Of a DNA stretch of 64,000 nucleotides, positions 10,497-23,500 are shown piece by piece; position 1 is the first letter of the stretch; each line of letters opens with the position of its first letter. This stretch comes from a virus. Position numbers and translations under genes: made by a program. The DNA is taken from the IMG/VR virus record IMGVR_UViG_3300032050_000011; one strand, 5' to 3'. Under the pieces are notes generated by a model that worked only from the letters and a program-made list of their open reading frames with translations, had not been told where the DNA came from and made no database searches.

Positions 10497-11009
10497 CTAG
10501 CCTTGATAATAGTATTTAACTCTTATAACATCGGTAGTGTCCAGTGCTTGATCTCCGCCAACTGCAACGTCGCCGGCCCAGGTTATTCTAGTTACAAAAA
10601 CGGTAGGCACTATTTCTACTATTGAGACAGTGTAATCGTCGTCTTCATGTAGCAGAAGTCTATCTACTGAAACTTCTATAGTTTCTTCTATAGCCTCATA
10701 CTGAAGATCTATATAGATAAGATTTGATGGCTGTGCACTCATCAAATATTTTTCTTTAGTCGGTACAAGACTCTGAACACCAGCAATTGAGTCCTGCAGA
10801 TCCTGAATATCTTCTTGTATTTGGCCAAGATCAACATCATTATCAGGCATAGTTATGGTTCTTGCACCTGTTATGATTCCAGAGAAAGTAATAAAATCAC
10901 TACTGCCTAACTTTATCTTTATATTATCTACTACTATAGTGTTGGTAGATAAACTGATGCTTCTATTGGCACCATCAATAATCTTAGATAGTTTACTGAT
11001 CTCAACCAT
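10497..11009 (-). CDS. Virion structural protein
   Basis: Its C-terminal domain (VDRLLLHE..DY.V...TRI.W) resembles the C-terminus of the 1130-aa protein. Confidence 0.6.
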   Translation of the reverse strand: MVEISKLSKIIDGANRSISLSTNTIVVDNIKIKLGSSDFITFSGIITGARTITMPDNDVDLGQIQEDIQDLQDSIAGVQSLVPTKEKYLMSAQPSNLIYIDLQYEAIEETIEVSVDRLLLHEDDDYTVSIVEIVPTVFVTRITWAGDVAVGGDQALDTTDVIRVKYYYQG

Positions 11010-11010
11010 G

Positions 11011-11196
11011 CTATTCCTTCCTGCTCATCTCAAAGAAAATCTGAGCTTTAAGTCCATATCTAGACAGTAATTTATTTATATCTTTGTCTGCTTTATTTAA
11101 TATGTTAGATACTCTGCTAGATATAAGTTCTTGAACTTTCTGCAATTCTTCTTCTGTTAGTTTCTCTACGTTTACTTTTTTAGTGGATGACTGCAT
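11011..11196 (-). CDS. Small hypothetical protein
   Basis: 61-aa ORF tightly packed in the operon. Confidence 0.6.
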   Translation of the reverse strand: MQSSTKKVNVEKLTEEELQKVQELISSRVSNILNKADKDINKLLSRYGLKAQIFFEMSRKE

Positions 11197-11197
11197 A

Positions 11198-11638
11198 CTA
11201 TAGTTGACCTATAATCTGAAAGTTAATAAAAAGATCCATTAATAGTGGATTATCTTTGTTTTTGCCTATTACTCCAACTTTTATAACCCAGTCTCCTGAA
11301 GTAAAACCGCCAACGCCTTCGCTAGGCAGGATGTTAGTTAGACCACCAGTCTTGGATACATATATGAAATCGCCAAAATTAAAAGAGGACACATCTTCGA
11401 CTTTTCCATGAGTTATAGCATAACCATAATCGCCATTGTTTATAACGTCGCTAGCTATTCCAACTACTCCAAGTGCGTGAGCATCTAGCGATACGTCTAT
11501 TACCGAAAGATCGCCGCTTGTGCTTAGTCTAACTGGCGCGTGCTTCTGTATAGTAAGCCCTGAATTGTTTAGTAGGTAACTTCTAACCCTAGAAGAATCA
11601 ACTAGACTTGATATAGCTGCATAAGGTCTATAAGTCAT
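11198..11638 (-). CDS. Putative decoration/fibre-base protein
   Basis: 146 aa with a GVVGIA...G.V.....F.GD.IYVS.TGGLT pattern seen in phage cement/fibre domains. Confidence 0.5.
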   Translation of the reverse strand: MTYRPYAAISSLVDSSRVRSYLLNNSGLTIQKHAPVRLSTSGDLSVIDVSLDAHALGVVGIASDVINNGDYGYAITHGKVEDVSSFNFGDFIYVSKTGGLTNILPSEGVGGFTSGDWVIKVGVIGKNKDNPLLMDLFINFQIIGQL

Positions 11639-11648
11639 AAAACTCCAA

Positions 11649-14600
11649 TTAAATTATATACCAGTTTGATCCATCGCTCACTACGCTTACAGATTCATAT
11701 TGAATAGCTATATCTAATGAGCTAGAGAATATATCTATGCCATCTAGAGTATCGCCAGAAACGCCCTTTATCCTAACAATATTTCCGCCATCTATCTTCT
11801 TAATGTCAAAGCGTTTGCCAGAGTTTAGACTCGCAGAAGGAAGCGTTATATCGACGTTTAAGCCTAAGTTATTTACTAAAATAACATCATTAGAAGAAAG
11901 CGGATCATAGTTTGTGCCATTTATTGTTACTACATTGAGCAGGGCACCCGTAGGAGCAGAACTTATAACTAGTGAATCTGAAGTCTGAGATATAGACATA
12001 CCGGCGCCAGCAACTAGTGTTCTAAAGCGCAGATCTTCTCCAACTTTAGACTGAAAAACAGCAGCGCCTAGGCCAACGTTAGATGCAGTATTTATTTCGC
12101 CATAAGCGGACTCTGAACCACCAGAACCAATAGTATGGTTGTCAATTCTGAATAGCAGTACGTCACTAAGATTAAGATCTTGAAGCGTAACTATCTGTTT
12201 AGACATCGCTCCAGCTGATCCTACTTCAAGCCAGTCTTGGCCAACTGTTAGATATTGGCCATTTAAGAATAGTTCTAGTTGACCTTCGCCAACCGTGTAA
12301 CTTTTAACCTGATTGCTATTCTTAGAATCAAGCGGAAGATTCAGAGTAGTTCCAGATGCTATCAGCGATGTGACATTTATTTTTTCTTCATAGGCTTGCT
12401 CAGGAGTAGAGAGCATGACCTCATAGATTTTTTGATCTAGTTTTTTAATGGCTGCCTCAAGCAAGTCACCGTCAGAAACTGTATGCAGCGCTGAGCCAGA
12501 TCCATCTATCTCTATAAAGACACCAAAACCACTGCCTACGTTAAAGTTTTCAGCGTCTGTACAGAAGCCAGCAAGTGTATTAGTCACAGTTATGGTGCCA
12601 TTAAAATTATTTATGACGCTAAAATCTAATGACGCAGTAGCTACTATAGCATTGGCTGTTTTTTGTGCAACAGTTGCAGCTGTATCAGCGCTAGATATAT
12701 TTACAGTTATGCCTATTCTGCCTATTACTAGTGGATTTACACCTGTGCTATCTTTATTAAACCAGACATAGTATTTGTTTAAGTCAAGGCCTGAGTTTAT
12801 CAGGAAGTATTGATTGCTGGTTATGTTGGAGGCTGCTGGAAGCGTTATTTCAGTAACTTCGGCTACTACATCTGCTATTATTGATTCATATTCTCTTACA
12901 GGAGTCTTATCCCAGAGCATTACAGAGCCGGTGCTTCCTCTTATGGCGAATACAAATATGTTCTCACTTAACGGCAACTGATCATTGTCTACGACTATTA
13001 GTGATGCTAGACTGCCTATTGCACTATTGCTATTTCTGTTTATAGAGAAATAGGCCGTTTGATTTGCCTGTAGACTAACTGTGCTTGTTAGCGTCAATTC
13101 TGTCTTATAACCAGTAGATGGTTGAATAACTACAAGCTTAGGTGTATAGCCTGTTTTTGCAAAAACAGCGATATCTTGATAAGATCCATTTGGATTACTA
13201 ACTATAGCATGAACATTCTGAAGTTCAAAAGTTAGATTTCTATCTTGAATTCTATCTGCCATCATGGCAGTTAATTTTGAAGCTCTTTCCGTTAGACTAT
13301 CTGCTGAACTTGAATTATAATTTACAAAACCATCTAGTGTATTGTAGTTTAGTTCTGTAGCATAGACAGGTTTCATCATCGCTGAATTATCCATGCCTAT
13401 AAATGACATTATATTTTGAGAATCTACTTTACCTATCTCTTTACTTTCGCCTTGCTCAATTTTAGTAGGACCAAGATCTGCTCTAACATACATCTCAATA
13501 GACGTAGCCTTTGGAAAACCAGAGGTGTAATTTTCAGCAACTATTGGACCAGCTATAGGAAACGTGAACTGAGTGGCAGTTTTAGGAAACACCTTGAACT
13601 CGCCATTGAAGTTACCGCTGCCTGCTATGAATACGTTGCCGTCTACATCTAGGCCATGATTAGCAGATTCAAGTGAAAAACCATATGCAGTAGAGTTAGC
13701 AGAAGTTGTTGCTGTAGCGTAATAAGCAGGTCTGGATAGCTCGTCTAAAAAAGGTCCACCAGTTTTTGATATGAAAAATATATCGCTGCTTTCAACCTCT
13801 ACTTGATATTCACCATTAAAATTACTAGTTGCTAGTATTTTTATTCTCTGTTTGTCAGATAAGCCGTGTGCTATCTTTGTACATTTAGCTCGCTCTCCGT
13901 CATGATCTGTAATATCTATTAGTAATTGAGTGCAAGACAAATTGGATACATTGAGTACTCTGTCTGATCTCGATGCTAACCAACAAAGATTTCCGCCTGC
14001 CTCATAAAGAACAGGGTCTGTTCTATCAGCAACTTGAACTTCAGAGGCTAAAAATTGACCCTTAGTATATATGCCCTGAGAAGAGCCGCTTGCTCCAGAG
14101 TATGCTGCACTTAGTCTGATAGATTTAGCCTGAGATGGCGTAGTAGTTCCTCCACCTAGACTTATAGAATCATAAAATTCTTCTACTCTTAGATATAGAT
14201 TATCTCCGTCGCCAGATCTCTTTATCCAGTCACCCTTAGATAGATTTTCAAAGTAGCCAAGATCTCCGTTAACATATGGCAACCCATTAAACCAGTCTAG
14301 TGGCACAGTACCGCTGTTTGCCTGCAGATCTCTCTCATGCTGTACAAACATTACCTGATTATTTAATAGTGTCTTGCTGCCAGATCGTATGATTATATCT
14401 TTAAGATCAGTCATAGATTGAAGAACAATGTCTTCAGTCCAACTAAGTTGACCAGGTGTACTGTCAGAATTTTCCCAGGTTCCTTTAGATCTTATTGAAG
14501 TAGCTAGAGCATCTTTAAATACGTTTATCAAGCTGTATGTGGATGTGTCCTCATACCAATATGTACTACCGCTTAATTCTAGTAGTCTTGTCATGACTAC

Positions 14601-15335
14601 GTCCATCCATTCTTTTAGCGTATGGATATTTTTATCGCCACCTCTAAAAGAGTTTGGATCAGACTTATTAGATATTGTTGTATTTGGCTCTAGTCTTTTA
14701 TATGCTGCAAGAGGCTCTTCTCTAAATTCATATCTTGCTAGCGGGTTTGGACCAAGACCACCGGTACCTAACCTAAACATCATGTCGCGGCAGTCTTCTA
14801 TAGATTCAATGAAATTTGTACCGACTTTTATTTTACATATAGGAATTACATTGTCGGGAAATGATGCGGCAGAAACATTCACATCTGCTGTAAGTACAGA
14901 TTCAGTGTTTATGTCTTGCGTAAATTCGCCACCAACTCCGCCTTCTTTATCTGGATCCCAGAAAGCGCGTGTGTCTTTTGCTGATTCAAAAGTTGTCAAT
15001 ACAAGATAAACATAATTTGTAGCATTTTTTCTAAGTTCTGGAACTAGCGGCGCCGCGTTAGGATCGCCTTCTTCTAGGCCATAAAAAAATGGACCAGCAC
15101 TTGATTCTGGATAGTAGACTACTGAGTTAGCTATATTGATAGCCACAGTCTGAGATCCTATAGAATTACTAGGATCTACAACCTCGAATCCTTTAAGAAT
15201 ATACGGACGATCTGATCCCACGAATGACTTCATTAGGTATTTGAAGTCACCCTGAGTATAAGAGTCTACGCTTAAAAGATCTTGTAAATCAAGACGTTCT
15301 GCCGAACCAATCAGAACTCTTCCCAATACGGCCAT
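11649..15335 (-). CDS. Baseplate/proximal tail-fibre attachment protein
   Basis: Follows the wedge genes. Contains HGL..G..FNG repeats, one copy of the YF.....WF...TA..VAQKTANAI domain also found in the giant protein, and one GEINTASNVG repeat. Confidence 0.65.
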   Translation of the reverse strand: MAVLGRVLIGSAERLDLQDLLSVDSYTQGDFKYLMKSFVGSDRPYILKGFEVVDPSNSIGSQTVAINIANSVVYYPESSAGPFFYGLEEGDPNAAPLVPELRKNATNYVYLVLTTFESAKDTRAFWDPDKEGGVGGEFTQDINTESVLTADVNVSAASFPDNVIPICKIKVGTNFIESIEDCRDMMFRLGTGGLGPNPLARYEFREEPLAAYKRLEPNTTISNKSDPNSFRGGDKNIHTLKEWMDVVMTRLLELSGSTYWYEDTSTYSLINVFKDALATSIRSKGTWENSDSTPGQLSWTEDIVLQSMTDLKDIIIRSGSKTLLNNQVMFVQHERDLQANSGTVPLDWFNGLPYVNGDLGYFENLSKGDWIKRSGDGDNLYLRVEEFYDSISLGGGTTTPSQAKSIRLSAAYSGASGSSQGIYTKGQFLASEVQVADRTDPVLYEAGGNLCWLASRSDRVLNVSNLSCTQLLIDITDHDGERAKCTKIAHGLSDKQRIKILATSNFNGEYQVEVESSDIFFISKTGGPFLDELSRPAYYATATTSANSTAYGFSLESANHGLDVDGNVFIAGSGNFNGEFKVFPKTATQFTFPIAGPIVAENYTSGFPKATSIEMYVRADLGPTKIEQGESKEIGKVDSQNIMSFIGMDNSAMMKPVYATELNYNTLDGFVNYNSSSADSLTERASKLTAMMADRIQDRNLTFELQNVHAIVSNPNGSYQDIAVFAKTGYTPKLVVIQPSTGYKTELTLTSTVSLQANQTAYFSINRNSNSAIGSLASLIVVDNDQLPLSENIFVFAIRGSTGSVMLWDKTPVREYESIIADVVAEVTEITLPAASNITSNQYFLINSGLDLNKYYVWFNKDSTGVNPLVIGRIGITVNISSADTAATVAQKTANAIVATASLDFSVINNFNGTITVTNTLAGFCTDAENFNVGSGFGVFIEIDGSGSALHTVSDGDLLEAAIKKLDQKIYEVMLSTPEQAYEEKINVTSLIASGTTLNLPLDSKNSNQVKSYTVGEGQLELFLNGQYLTVGQDWLEVGSAGAMSKQIVTLQDLNLSDVLLFRIDNHTIGSGGSESAYGEINTASNVGLGAAVFQSKVGEDLRFRTLVAGAGMSISQTSDSLVISSAPTGALLNVVTINGTNYDPLSSNDVILVNNLGLNVDITLPSASLNSGKRFDIKKIDGGNIVRIKGVSGDTLDGIDIFSSSLDIAIQYESVSVVSDGSNWYII

Positions 15336-15368
15336 GCTAGTTCCTTGTAACTATTATAAATCACTTAA

Positions 15369-15377
15369 ATTATACCA
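15369..15377 (-). promoter_or_regulatory. Extended -10 box (TGG-TATAAT)
   Basis: Perfect TGnTATAAT, 33 nt upstream of the start at 15335. Confidence 0.55.
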
Positions 15378-15386
15378 GGATAACGC

Positions 15387-17516
15387 TTATCCAGGATCTA
15401 TGCCACTAGAATAAACATCAATCGTTGAATAATATTGCGCCGGATATCTAACTATAAAGTTTAAGAATATACCGACTGACTTTACTTTTTTCATTAGATC
15501 TTTCAATATCTCTGTAGCAACAGATGGATCTGTTATATATGGCGCTCTCTCTGATCCAAGCCCTTGAAATTGTATACCGCCACGTCTTCTTATCATGGTC
15601 ACAGATGATCCGTAGTCATGATCTTTTTTAAATATATAGGCTGGGTCAAGCGCTATTATTGAACTATTTGGCTTATAAAAGTATCTTACAGGACCTTCTT
15701 GCCTCTCTGTGCCAAAATCAAATATAAGTCTACCCTCTGCGTCAGGTATGCTATTTGGCCCTATCTCTATGTTCTTTTTAGTAGTGCCTGCTTTTATACT
15801 AGTTATAAGCGAGGCGGTAAGTGAAGATAGTACGAAGTCAGCGGACTCATCCCACAGATAAGGTCCAGGAGTACGCTCTTGCATGATAGATGACCTAAGC
15901 ATAACTACGCCACCAATTTCTGAGCTTGCCGCGTCCTCCATCCTTACAGTTCCACCGCTAGAATTTCTAGCACCGCTCGAACCAGCAAATGAATATGCCT
16001 GAAACTGAGTATTACTTAGTATGTTCTTAATTTGCCATGTCCCATTGGTAGAAGGACCGCTTCCAGCACCCTGAACTGCATTTTCTATTATCACATACTT
16101 ACCTACTGAATAGTTGTGGGGTGTAGCTGTAGTTACTGTTATTAGATTTGCAGAATTCCTATTAGCCGAAGATAAATTAAACTGATTTAGTGAAGAAATT
16201 GTTGGCAATTCTGGAGTTATGCCTTGCAGCAGATTTCCAACCCTAGAACTATAGGTGTATATTGGCATATCACTTACTAGTCTGCTGTTGAAATTAAATT
16301 CGTTTACGTCTCCCGTATCTGGAAAAAGCGTCTGTATTTCATTCTGAGGTATGAAGTAGAACTGTGCTCCAGTTTCTGGAAATTTATCTGGATTTACTAG
16401 TGTTAGGTTCGCAGAAGAACTACTGAATGAGATAACTTCTGAAACTACTCCGTTTATATGGCAAGCACCTTTTCTATTTCGTCTAACTACTGGTGGAGAT
16501 GACGGAACCTCAACTACTATTTCTCCAGGCGAAACTTCCCAGACTATAGCTCGTCTCTCTTTAAGAAAGACATTGTTTTTTACCGGTGTCATAAATCTCA
16601 CTATAGAAGACGAAGATGTGGTAAAAGTTTCTGGCGTGGCAAATAGGTTATTAAATTTAATATAGTTAGCGACAGCATCTAGCTCTGTTATTAAAAAACT
16701 ACCAGCGTTGCCAGCTCTGTCTATTATAACTACATCGCCTTCTTCCAGCTGATCTATGCCAGGATACTCACCATTGCCTGTATATGTCATTGTGACAGAA
16801 TCGCCTATTTTCGTTATCTGCCATTCCGTAGCAGTGCCAAATCCTGCCTCAGTATTAAAACCATCAAATTGAAAAGCTATATTTGCTCTTCCGCCAGTTA
16901 TAGCGACTGATCCTCTTGCTCCAACAGTGTTAGTGAATATTCTTATGGACACTTTTTTAGTTATAGCATTCTCAAAAGCTATAGCATAAGAACCAGAGGC
17001 TTGTCTATTTATTACAGAGACTACTTCTATGGCTGATGCGCTGCCTATATTGGTAAATTCACTCTCATTGAATACTATTCGTTCTTTAGTGTACGAGTCT
17101 ATCTCGTACTCTAGCTCCCAGCCATCTTTAAGACTAAAAGGCTCATTCAGTATCGATGATGTATAAGATGTTGTTGACTCTTTGTTATAGAAAATATCTA
17201 CAAGATCATCAAATATAGCCTTTACTTGCTTTGGATTATAAGCCATTACTGGAATAAACCGCCTAAAGGTAGGATCATCCATGCCAATAAATCTAGGTCT
17301 CTGAACCATATTTGCAGCACCAAGTCTATCTAGATATGGCCTGCTTGCTGTTTTTACAAAAAACTGATTTCTTACAGCCTCGATAAGCTCCAGAGTCTCC
17401 TGATCTGATTCTCCAACGGTACCTATGAGTGCCTTCCAAACAGTGTTTTGCTGCGTGTTAAAAAGCGCAGGCATTTGATCATGTAAACTATCGATCATGT
17501 TCTTGTTTGCGGGCAT
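15387..17516 (-). CDS. Baseplate wedge protein (gp7/gpI-like)
   Basis: Directly follows the baseplate-J-like gene. N-terminal TA...YLDRLG...RP...DD..FR and C-terminal VKSVGIF resemble wedge subunits. Confidence 0.6.
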   Translation of the reverse strand: MPANKNMIDSLHDQMPALFNTQQNTVWKALIGTVGESDQETLELIEAVRNQFFVKTASRPYLDRLGAANMVQRPRFIGMDDPTFRRFIPVMAYNPKQVKAIFDDLVDIFYNKESTTSYTSSILNEPFSLKDGWELEYEIDSYTKERIVFNESEFTNIGSASAIEVVSVINRQASGSYAIAFENAITKKVSIRIFTNTVGARGSVAITGGRANIAFQFDGFNTEAGFGTATEWQITKIGDSVTMTYTGNGEYPGIDQLEEGDVVIIDRAGNAGSFLITELDAVANYIKFNNLFATPETFTTSSSSIVRFMTPVKNNVFLKERRAIVWEVSPGEIVVEVPSSPPVVRRNRKGACHINGVVSEVISFSSSSANLTLVNPDKFPETGAQFYFIPQNEIQTLFPDTGDVNEFNFNSRLVSDMPIYTYSSRVGNLLQGITPELPTISSLNQFNLSSANRNSANLITVTTATPHNYSVGKYVIIENAVQGAGSGPSTNGTWQIKNILSNTQFQAYSFAGSSGARNSSGGTVRMEDAASSEIGGVVMLRSSIMQERTPGPYLWDESADFVLSSLTASLITSIKAGTTKKNIEIGPNSIPDAEGRLIFDFGTERQEGPVRYFYKPNSSIIALDPAYIFKKDHDYGSSVTMIRRRGGIQFQGLGSERAPYITDPSVATEILKDLMKKVKSVGIFLNFIVRYPAQYYSTIDVYSSGIDPG

Positions 17517-17524
17517 ATTTAACC

Positions 17525-20500
17525 TTAGGTAATACTAATATCAGAAGGCTGAATAAAAGCTTTTTCGCCCTCAGATATAGATATTCTTTCGTTGTTTGGT
17601 GTAGGCGAAACAAATGTTACCGCTTCAACACCTACTATATTCTTAATTCTTACAATTATGTCAGAGAGTATCACGTCTTCGCCTACTCCAAGATTAGACA
17701 CATAGCTTATTATTGCTGAAGCTATCTCGTCGGTTATCTCACTTAAGTTAACACCATCTTGTGTTGTTATGTCTACAGATATAGATACTTTAACAGGTAT
17801 AGGCGGAAGAACTTCTATCGCACTTCCAACTGCTTTTCTGCCAGGAAAAGAGGACGAATCAGGGTCAAATCCATCTACAATTCTTTGAACTTTTCTGAGT
17901 AGTCCTGTATAGTATTTATAACCGTCTATACCAACTACTATCGAGTTATCATAGCCAATTTTACCTACACTAGATATAAAGCTAGAGTTGTTCTCATTCC
18001 ATTTATAATCGCGATCTCCTCCAGAAAGATATACTATACGTCTATTTTCGTTTAGCGGATCTATGGCTGTATGATAGACTTCTCTTATTGACGTAAACTT
18101 ATTGTCATCATTTTCAGTTATTAAGAATTTACTATTTGCTAAGCCAGCACTAACATCTATTTCAGAAAGTCCACTAGAATTATTTACTCTAATATACTGT
18201 CTACCAGATAAGCCATCTGTTCCTAGATCCTGGATATCAAAGTTTCCTGAATTAGAAAGACTAAACCAGCTATCGCTTGTATTTTCACTAATGAATAAGT
18301 TGTCACTAACTCTTGCTGAGTCGCCTTCTAGTATTCTAATATCAGATGCATTATTTAAGTAAACGCCTTTGCCTATATCTGAGTTTTGATCTAGTGCATG
18401 AGAAGGAGAGTTTCCGCTGTCTCCAGTGTAGCTACTACTTAGTGTAACTATTGTAGCATCTTTAGCAAGCGAAGAATTAAATCCACTTACTTGAACCAGC
18501 AGTGTGTCTTCGTCTGTTGTTTTCTTAACCCAGTCACCAATACTCAAATTACTAAAAGTTCCAGGTATGCCAATTACGATATTAGAATTAGATGTCCATG
18601 TTGGCTCTAGGCTATAATTATTAAAGGCAACAAATGTGTCCAGCTTTTCTAGCGCCTGCATATTTCTATAGACAATAGAATCGTTGTCTAGCGCCAGTAT
18701 TCTAAACGCACCGTTATTTGCAGAGCCAAAGCTAGATCCACTTACTAACAGTAAGTCGTCTACTGCTGCACCACAACTTAAAAATTTAGGCGAGTCACCA
18801 TCAACCAAAGAAAGCCTATTCATACCGTTATGCCCAAGTGACTCAATCTTGTAGCGAGTTCTAGTTTGCCCAGGTTTGAGAATTAGACCTGCAGGAGAAA
18901 TACTTAGCGCATTTGAATTAGTTGAGGCGTACGTAAATTTATTTGAGTCTACTATGCTTAGAACTATTCCAGTATTTGGACTCGCACTGCTTGGAATATC
19001 TATGGCTGTAAAAATATCGCCAACGTCTAGACCATGAGGATTTTCTGTAGTTGCAGTTGCTATATTCGAAGCTATAGCTATAGACTGAATCTTATTAGGC
19101 GCTGAGTGTGCTAGATGCCATTCTAGTGCAGGTGCTGCAGATATTATAATCTCGTTTCCACCTATCTCTGTAGCAGACATAGCTTTTCCATCTGGATTTT
19201 CTACGTCTAGATATTTGGCAGATTGATTTACTGCCACTATAGGAAGTCCACCAATCACATTAGAGCCAGTATTTTTACAGAAATTACCTGTACTCCAGCC
19301 GTCTACTGCTATACCACTTTCAGAAAATAATGTTAATAAGCTGCCCTCGGTTACCTGAGAAAGTGTAGCTCCAGGAGTTTGACCTATGCTAAAGTCACTA
19401 GATATACCATTAATAGAGAGTGCTATGCCTAGTTTGGCTATTATCTGATTAGGTGTATCTGTACTTAATACGTCTACTCTAACAATATTATCTGCAGATA
19501 TAGGCACAGTAGCATCAGCTACGCCATTAGTCGTCACACCAAATATAAATCCAGGTGAAGGCGATCCATTTGAGCCTGCAGTTATCGGGCCATTTTGCGA
19601 GCTAGTTGCTGTTATAGAAGCTAGAGCAAAACCATCATCAGAACCAGCAGTTACTACACTAAAATTAAAATTCGTAGATGGAGTACCGTCAGCACCTGCA
19701 GCTACTAAACCATTGTCTGCATTATTTACAGTTATAGTTGCGCCGCTTATAGTCTCGCCTGTTCCAGGAGAAATCAGAGAAAAGTTAAAACCAGTAGCAT
19801 CAGCACCAGCACCGTCTACTCCAGCAGTTATTAAACCAACTTGTGCATTGGTTACAGTTATAGTAGCAGAATTAACAGTTGTTCCACTGCCAGAGCCAGC
19901 AGTATTAAATATGTAAGCTTTAGCATTACCGCCGTCTGCGCCAGTCGTTGCTATAAAATTACTAGAAATGGAAACACCGGAGCCAAAACTGGTTCCAACG
20001 TTTTCAAAAGGGTTATTTAATGTAGAAAGTAATCCCCAGTTATCAACTCCGCCTTGATCTTTATAGAATACATACGCTTCACCAGCGTCAACAGTTGTAT
20101 CAGTAGAACCATCATCACTATATGCGCCTACTATTATGTAGTTGCCACTGATAGCGGCTGACCAGCCAAATAAATCGCCGGCATCTGGGTTAGGCGATGT
20201 TAACGTTTTAATCAAGCCCCAATTTTCAGTTCCGCCGTAATTTTTCTTAAAAATATGCAGATATTCATATGGAGTTTCAAGTGCTATGATATAGTCGCCA
20301 CTAATATTTACTGAATAGCCAAAATTACCATTTGGTGGCCAAGTAGAAAAATTTGGAGCAGTGATAGTTTTGACTAATCCCCAGTTATCAACTCCGCCCT
20401 GGTCTTTCTTATACACAATAATAGTTGAATTAATAATTGAAGATAAGTTAGATGGCTTTAATACTAAATAATCACCACTTAAATGTAAAGGCGCGCCACT

Positions 20501-23500
20501 ATTGTTGCCAGCAACCTCAAATCCAGGAGTAAAACTCTTGATTAAGCTCCAGCTCTCTAGTCCCGTATCTTTCTTAAATATATATACTTCGCCAGCATCA
20601 TTGACTGTATCAGTAAAACCATCGTCACCTGCAGCATGTACCGCGATATAGTTTCCGCTTATTGCAACATAGGTACCAAATCGATCGTACAAGTCTTCAT
20701 CTGGTGAATTAAGTGTAGCAGTAAGTCCCCAGTTATCAATTCCGCCCTGATCTTTTTTGTAGACGTAGGCTTCACCAGCAGCACTGATAGCATTAGTAGA
20801 ACCGCCGTCCTCAAAAGCACCGACGACTAGATAGTCTCCATCTGCATCAATAATAATACTATTGAATCCGCTAAAAGGCAGCGTCTTGATTAGTCCCCAG
20901 TTATTTAATCCACCTTGATTTTTCTTATGTATGAAAACTGATGATAGCAGGCCATTAGATCCGACAGCGAACATGTAATCGCCTGATATTTTTGTATATA
21001 TACAATTGTAACCGCTAGGAGTAGCTGCTGCTTTAATATAAGAGCCAGGGGTTATTACTGGTGCAGTTGTAGTTGTTACTATTGCGCTAGCAAAAGCTGA
21101 ATCATTGTCAATAATATTCGCCGTCTTAGTAGCCACTTCTTCAAAATCATCATTGGTGCTTATATTAATCTCTCGCGACCTAGTAGTGGTTCCTACCGCA
21201 GGTTCAACTGTTCCGCTGTTATTGTTGTCATACCAGAATTTAACAGTATCTCCGTTACCAGCTTCTAGTACAAAATAAGAACCATTAAGTGAGTTAGAGA
21301 CGTCTGGTTGACAGCCTATTGTCTGTATAGCGATATTGCCAGGAACCGTCGTGGTTGTCACTGTTGCACTAGCAAAAGCTGAATCATTATCGATCGCATC
21401 AGCTGTTTTAGTAGCTACTGCTAGAACATCGTCATCTGTATCTACATTAATCTCTACTGATCTATCGGAAGGAACAGCAGGAACACCCGCTACGCCAATA
21501 GTATCTATTGACAAAATAAAATTCGTAGGTGTAGTGCCGTCAACTCCAGCATTAACTGGACCATCAGCAGAATTAGTCACTGTTATTGTCGCAGGACTTA
21601 GACCGTCAGGTGTTCCAGTCAAAACCACACTAAATGTAAAATTAGTAGCAGGAGTACCGTCAGTGCCAATCGCTACCGGTCCAGAGTCAGCATTTGCTAA
21701 ATCTATAGACGCTGGAGTTGGAGTTGCAAGATTGATACTATATATATATGCTTCACCAGCGTCATTTAAAGTTTCAGTAGAGCCGTCATCAGAAGATGCT
21801 CCAACCACTATATTGTCGCCGTCTACAGCCACTTGACTTCCAAATCTATCTCCGTTCTCATTAGGTGAGTTAAGTTGTTTTAAGAAACCCCAGTTATCAG
21901 TCCCGCCTTGATTTTTATAGAATAAGTAAGCCTCACCAGCGCTACTAACGCCATCAGCAATACCTCTATCGAAAGGTGCACCTACTACTATATAGTTACC
22001 GCTAATAGCTACTGACCAGCCAAAATAATCATTTGCATCTTCATTGGAAGAATTAAGCGTCTTAATTAAACCCCAATTGTCAGTTCCGCCTTGATCTTTA
22101 TAAAATACATAGGCTTCACCAGCGCTACTTATAGCATCAGTAGATCCGTCATCGCCATATGCACCTACTACTATATAGTCACCACTAATAGCTACTGAAT
22201 AACCAAATTGATCTGCAGTATCTTCATTGTCGGAATTAAGTATCTTAATTAAGCCCCAGTTATCAACACCACCCTGATCTTTTTTGAAGACATAAACTTC
22301 ACCAGCGTCAATAATAGCGTCTATGGATCCGTCATCAACGAATGCCCCTACTGCTATGTAATCACCACTAATAGCTACTGACCAACCAAATTGATCTCCA
22401 GTATCTTCATTGTCGGAATTAAGTATCTTAATTAAGCCCCAGTTATCAACACCACCCTGATCTTTTTTGTAGACATAGGCTTCACCAGCACTACCAATAG
22501 CATCAGCAGTACCATGATCTGTTCTAGCCCCTACTACTATATAATTACCGTCTATAGCTACTGAGTTACCAAATGTGTCTCCATCATCTTCATTGTCGGA
22601 ATTAAGTGTCTTAATTAAGCCCCAGTTATCGGCTCCACCCTGATCTTTTTTATAGACATAGGCTTCACCAGTACCAATAGTACCAGTAGAACCTTCATCG
22701 CCATATGCACCTACTACTATATAGTCACCATCTATAGCGACTGAATAGCCGAATGCGTCATCTGTGTCCTCATTGGGTGAATTAAGTGTCTTTATTAAAC
22801 CCCAGTTGTTTGCTCCACCTTGATTTCTTTTAAAAATATAAGCTTCACCAGCAGTAGTGATAGTGTCAGTAGAGCCGTCATCTTGAGGTGCTCCTACCAC
22901 TGCGTAGTCTCCGCTGATAGCTACTGAGTTACCAAAAGCATCTGCTAAAGATTGATTAGAGGAATTAAGTTGCGCAACGAACCCTGTATTAGAAATTTCA
23001 GGCGTTATTAGCACACTTGCAAAAGCTATATCAGATGATATTGCTGTAGCTGTATGTGTAGCTACTGCATCAGAATCATCATTTGTAGATATGGAATTGA
23101 TCTCTACTGACCTAGTAGTGGTTCCTACTGCAGGCTCAGCTGTTCCGCTGTTATTATTGTCATACCAGAATTTAACAGTATCTCCGTTACCAGCTTCTAG
23201 TACAAAATAAGAACCATTAAGTGAGTTGGAGATATCTGGTTGCAGCTGAATTCTTTGTATAGAAGGCACCCCAGATCCTGGCATTATTACGCCTGGTGTT
23301 ACTATTGCACTAGCAAAAGCTGAATCATTATCGATCGCATTAGCTGTTTTAGCAGCAACCTGATTCACATCATCGTTCGTGTCTATATTAATCTCTAGCG
23401 ATCTAGTAGTAGTACCTACTGCTGGTTCAGCTGCTCCGGCATTATTATTGTCATACCAGAATTTAACTGTATCTCCGTTACCAGCTTCTAGTACAAAATA

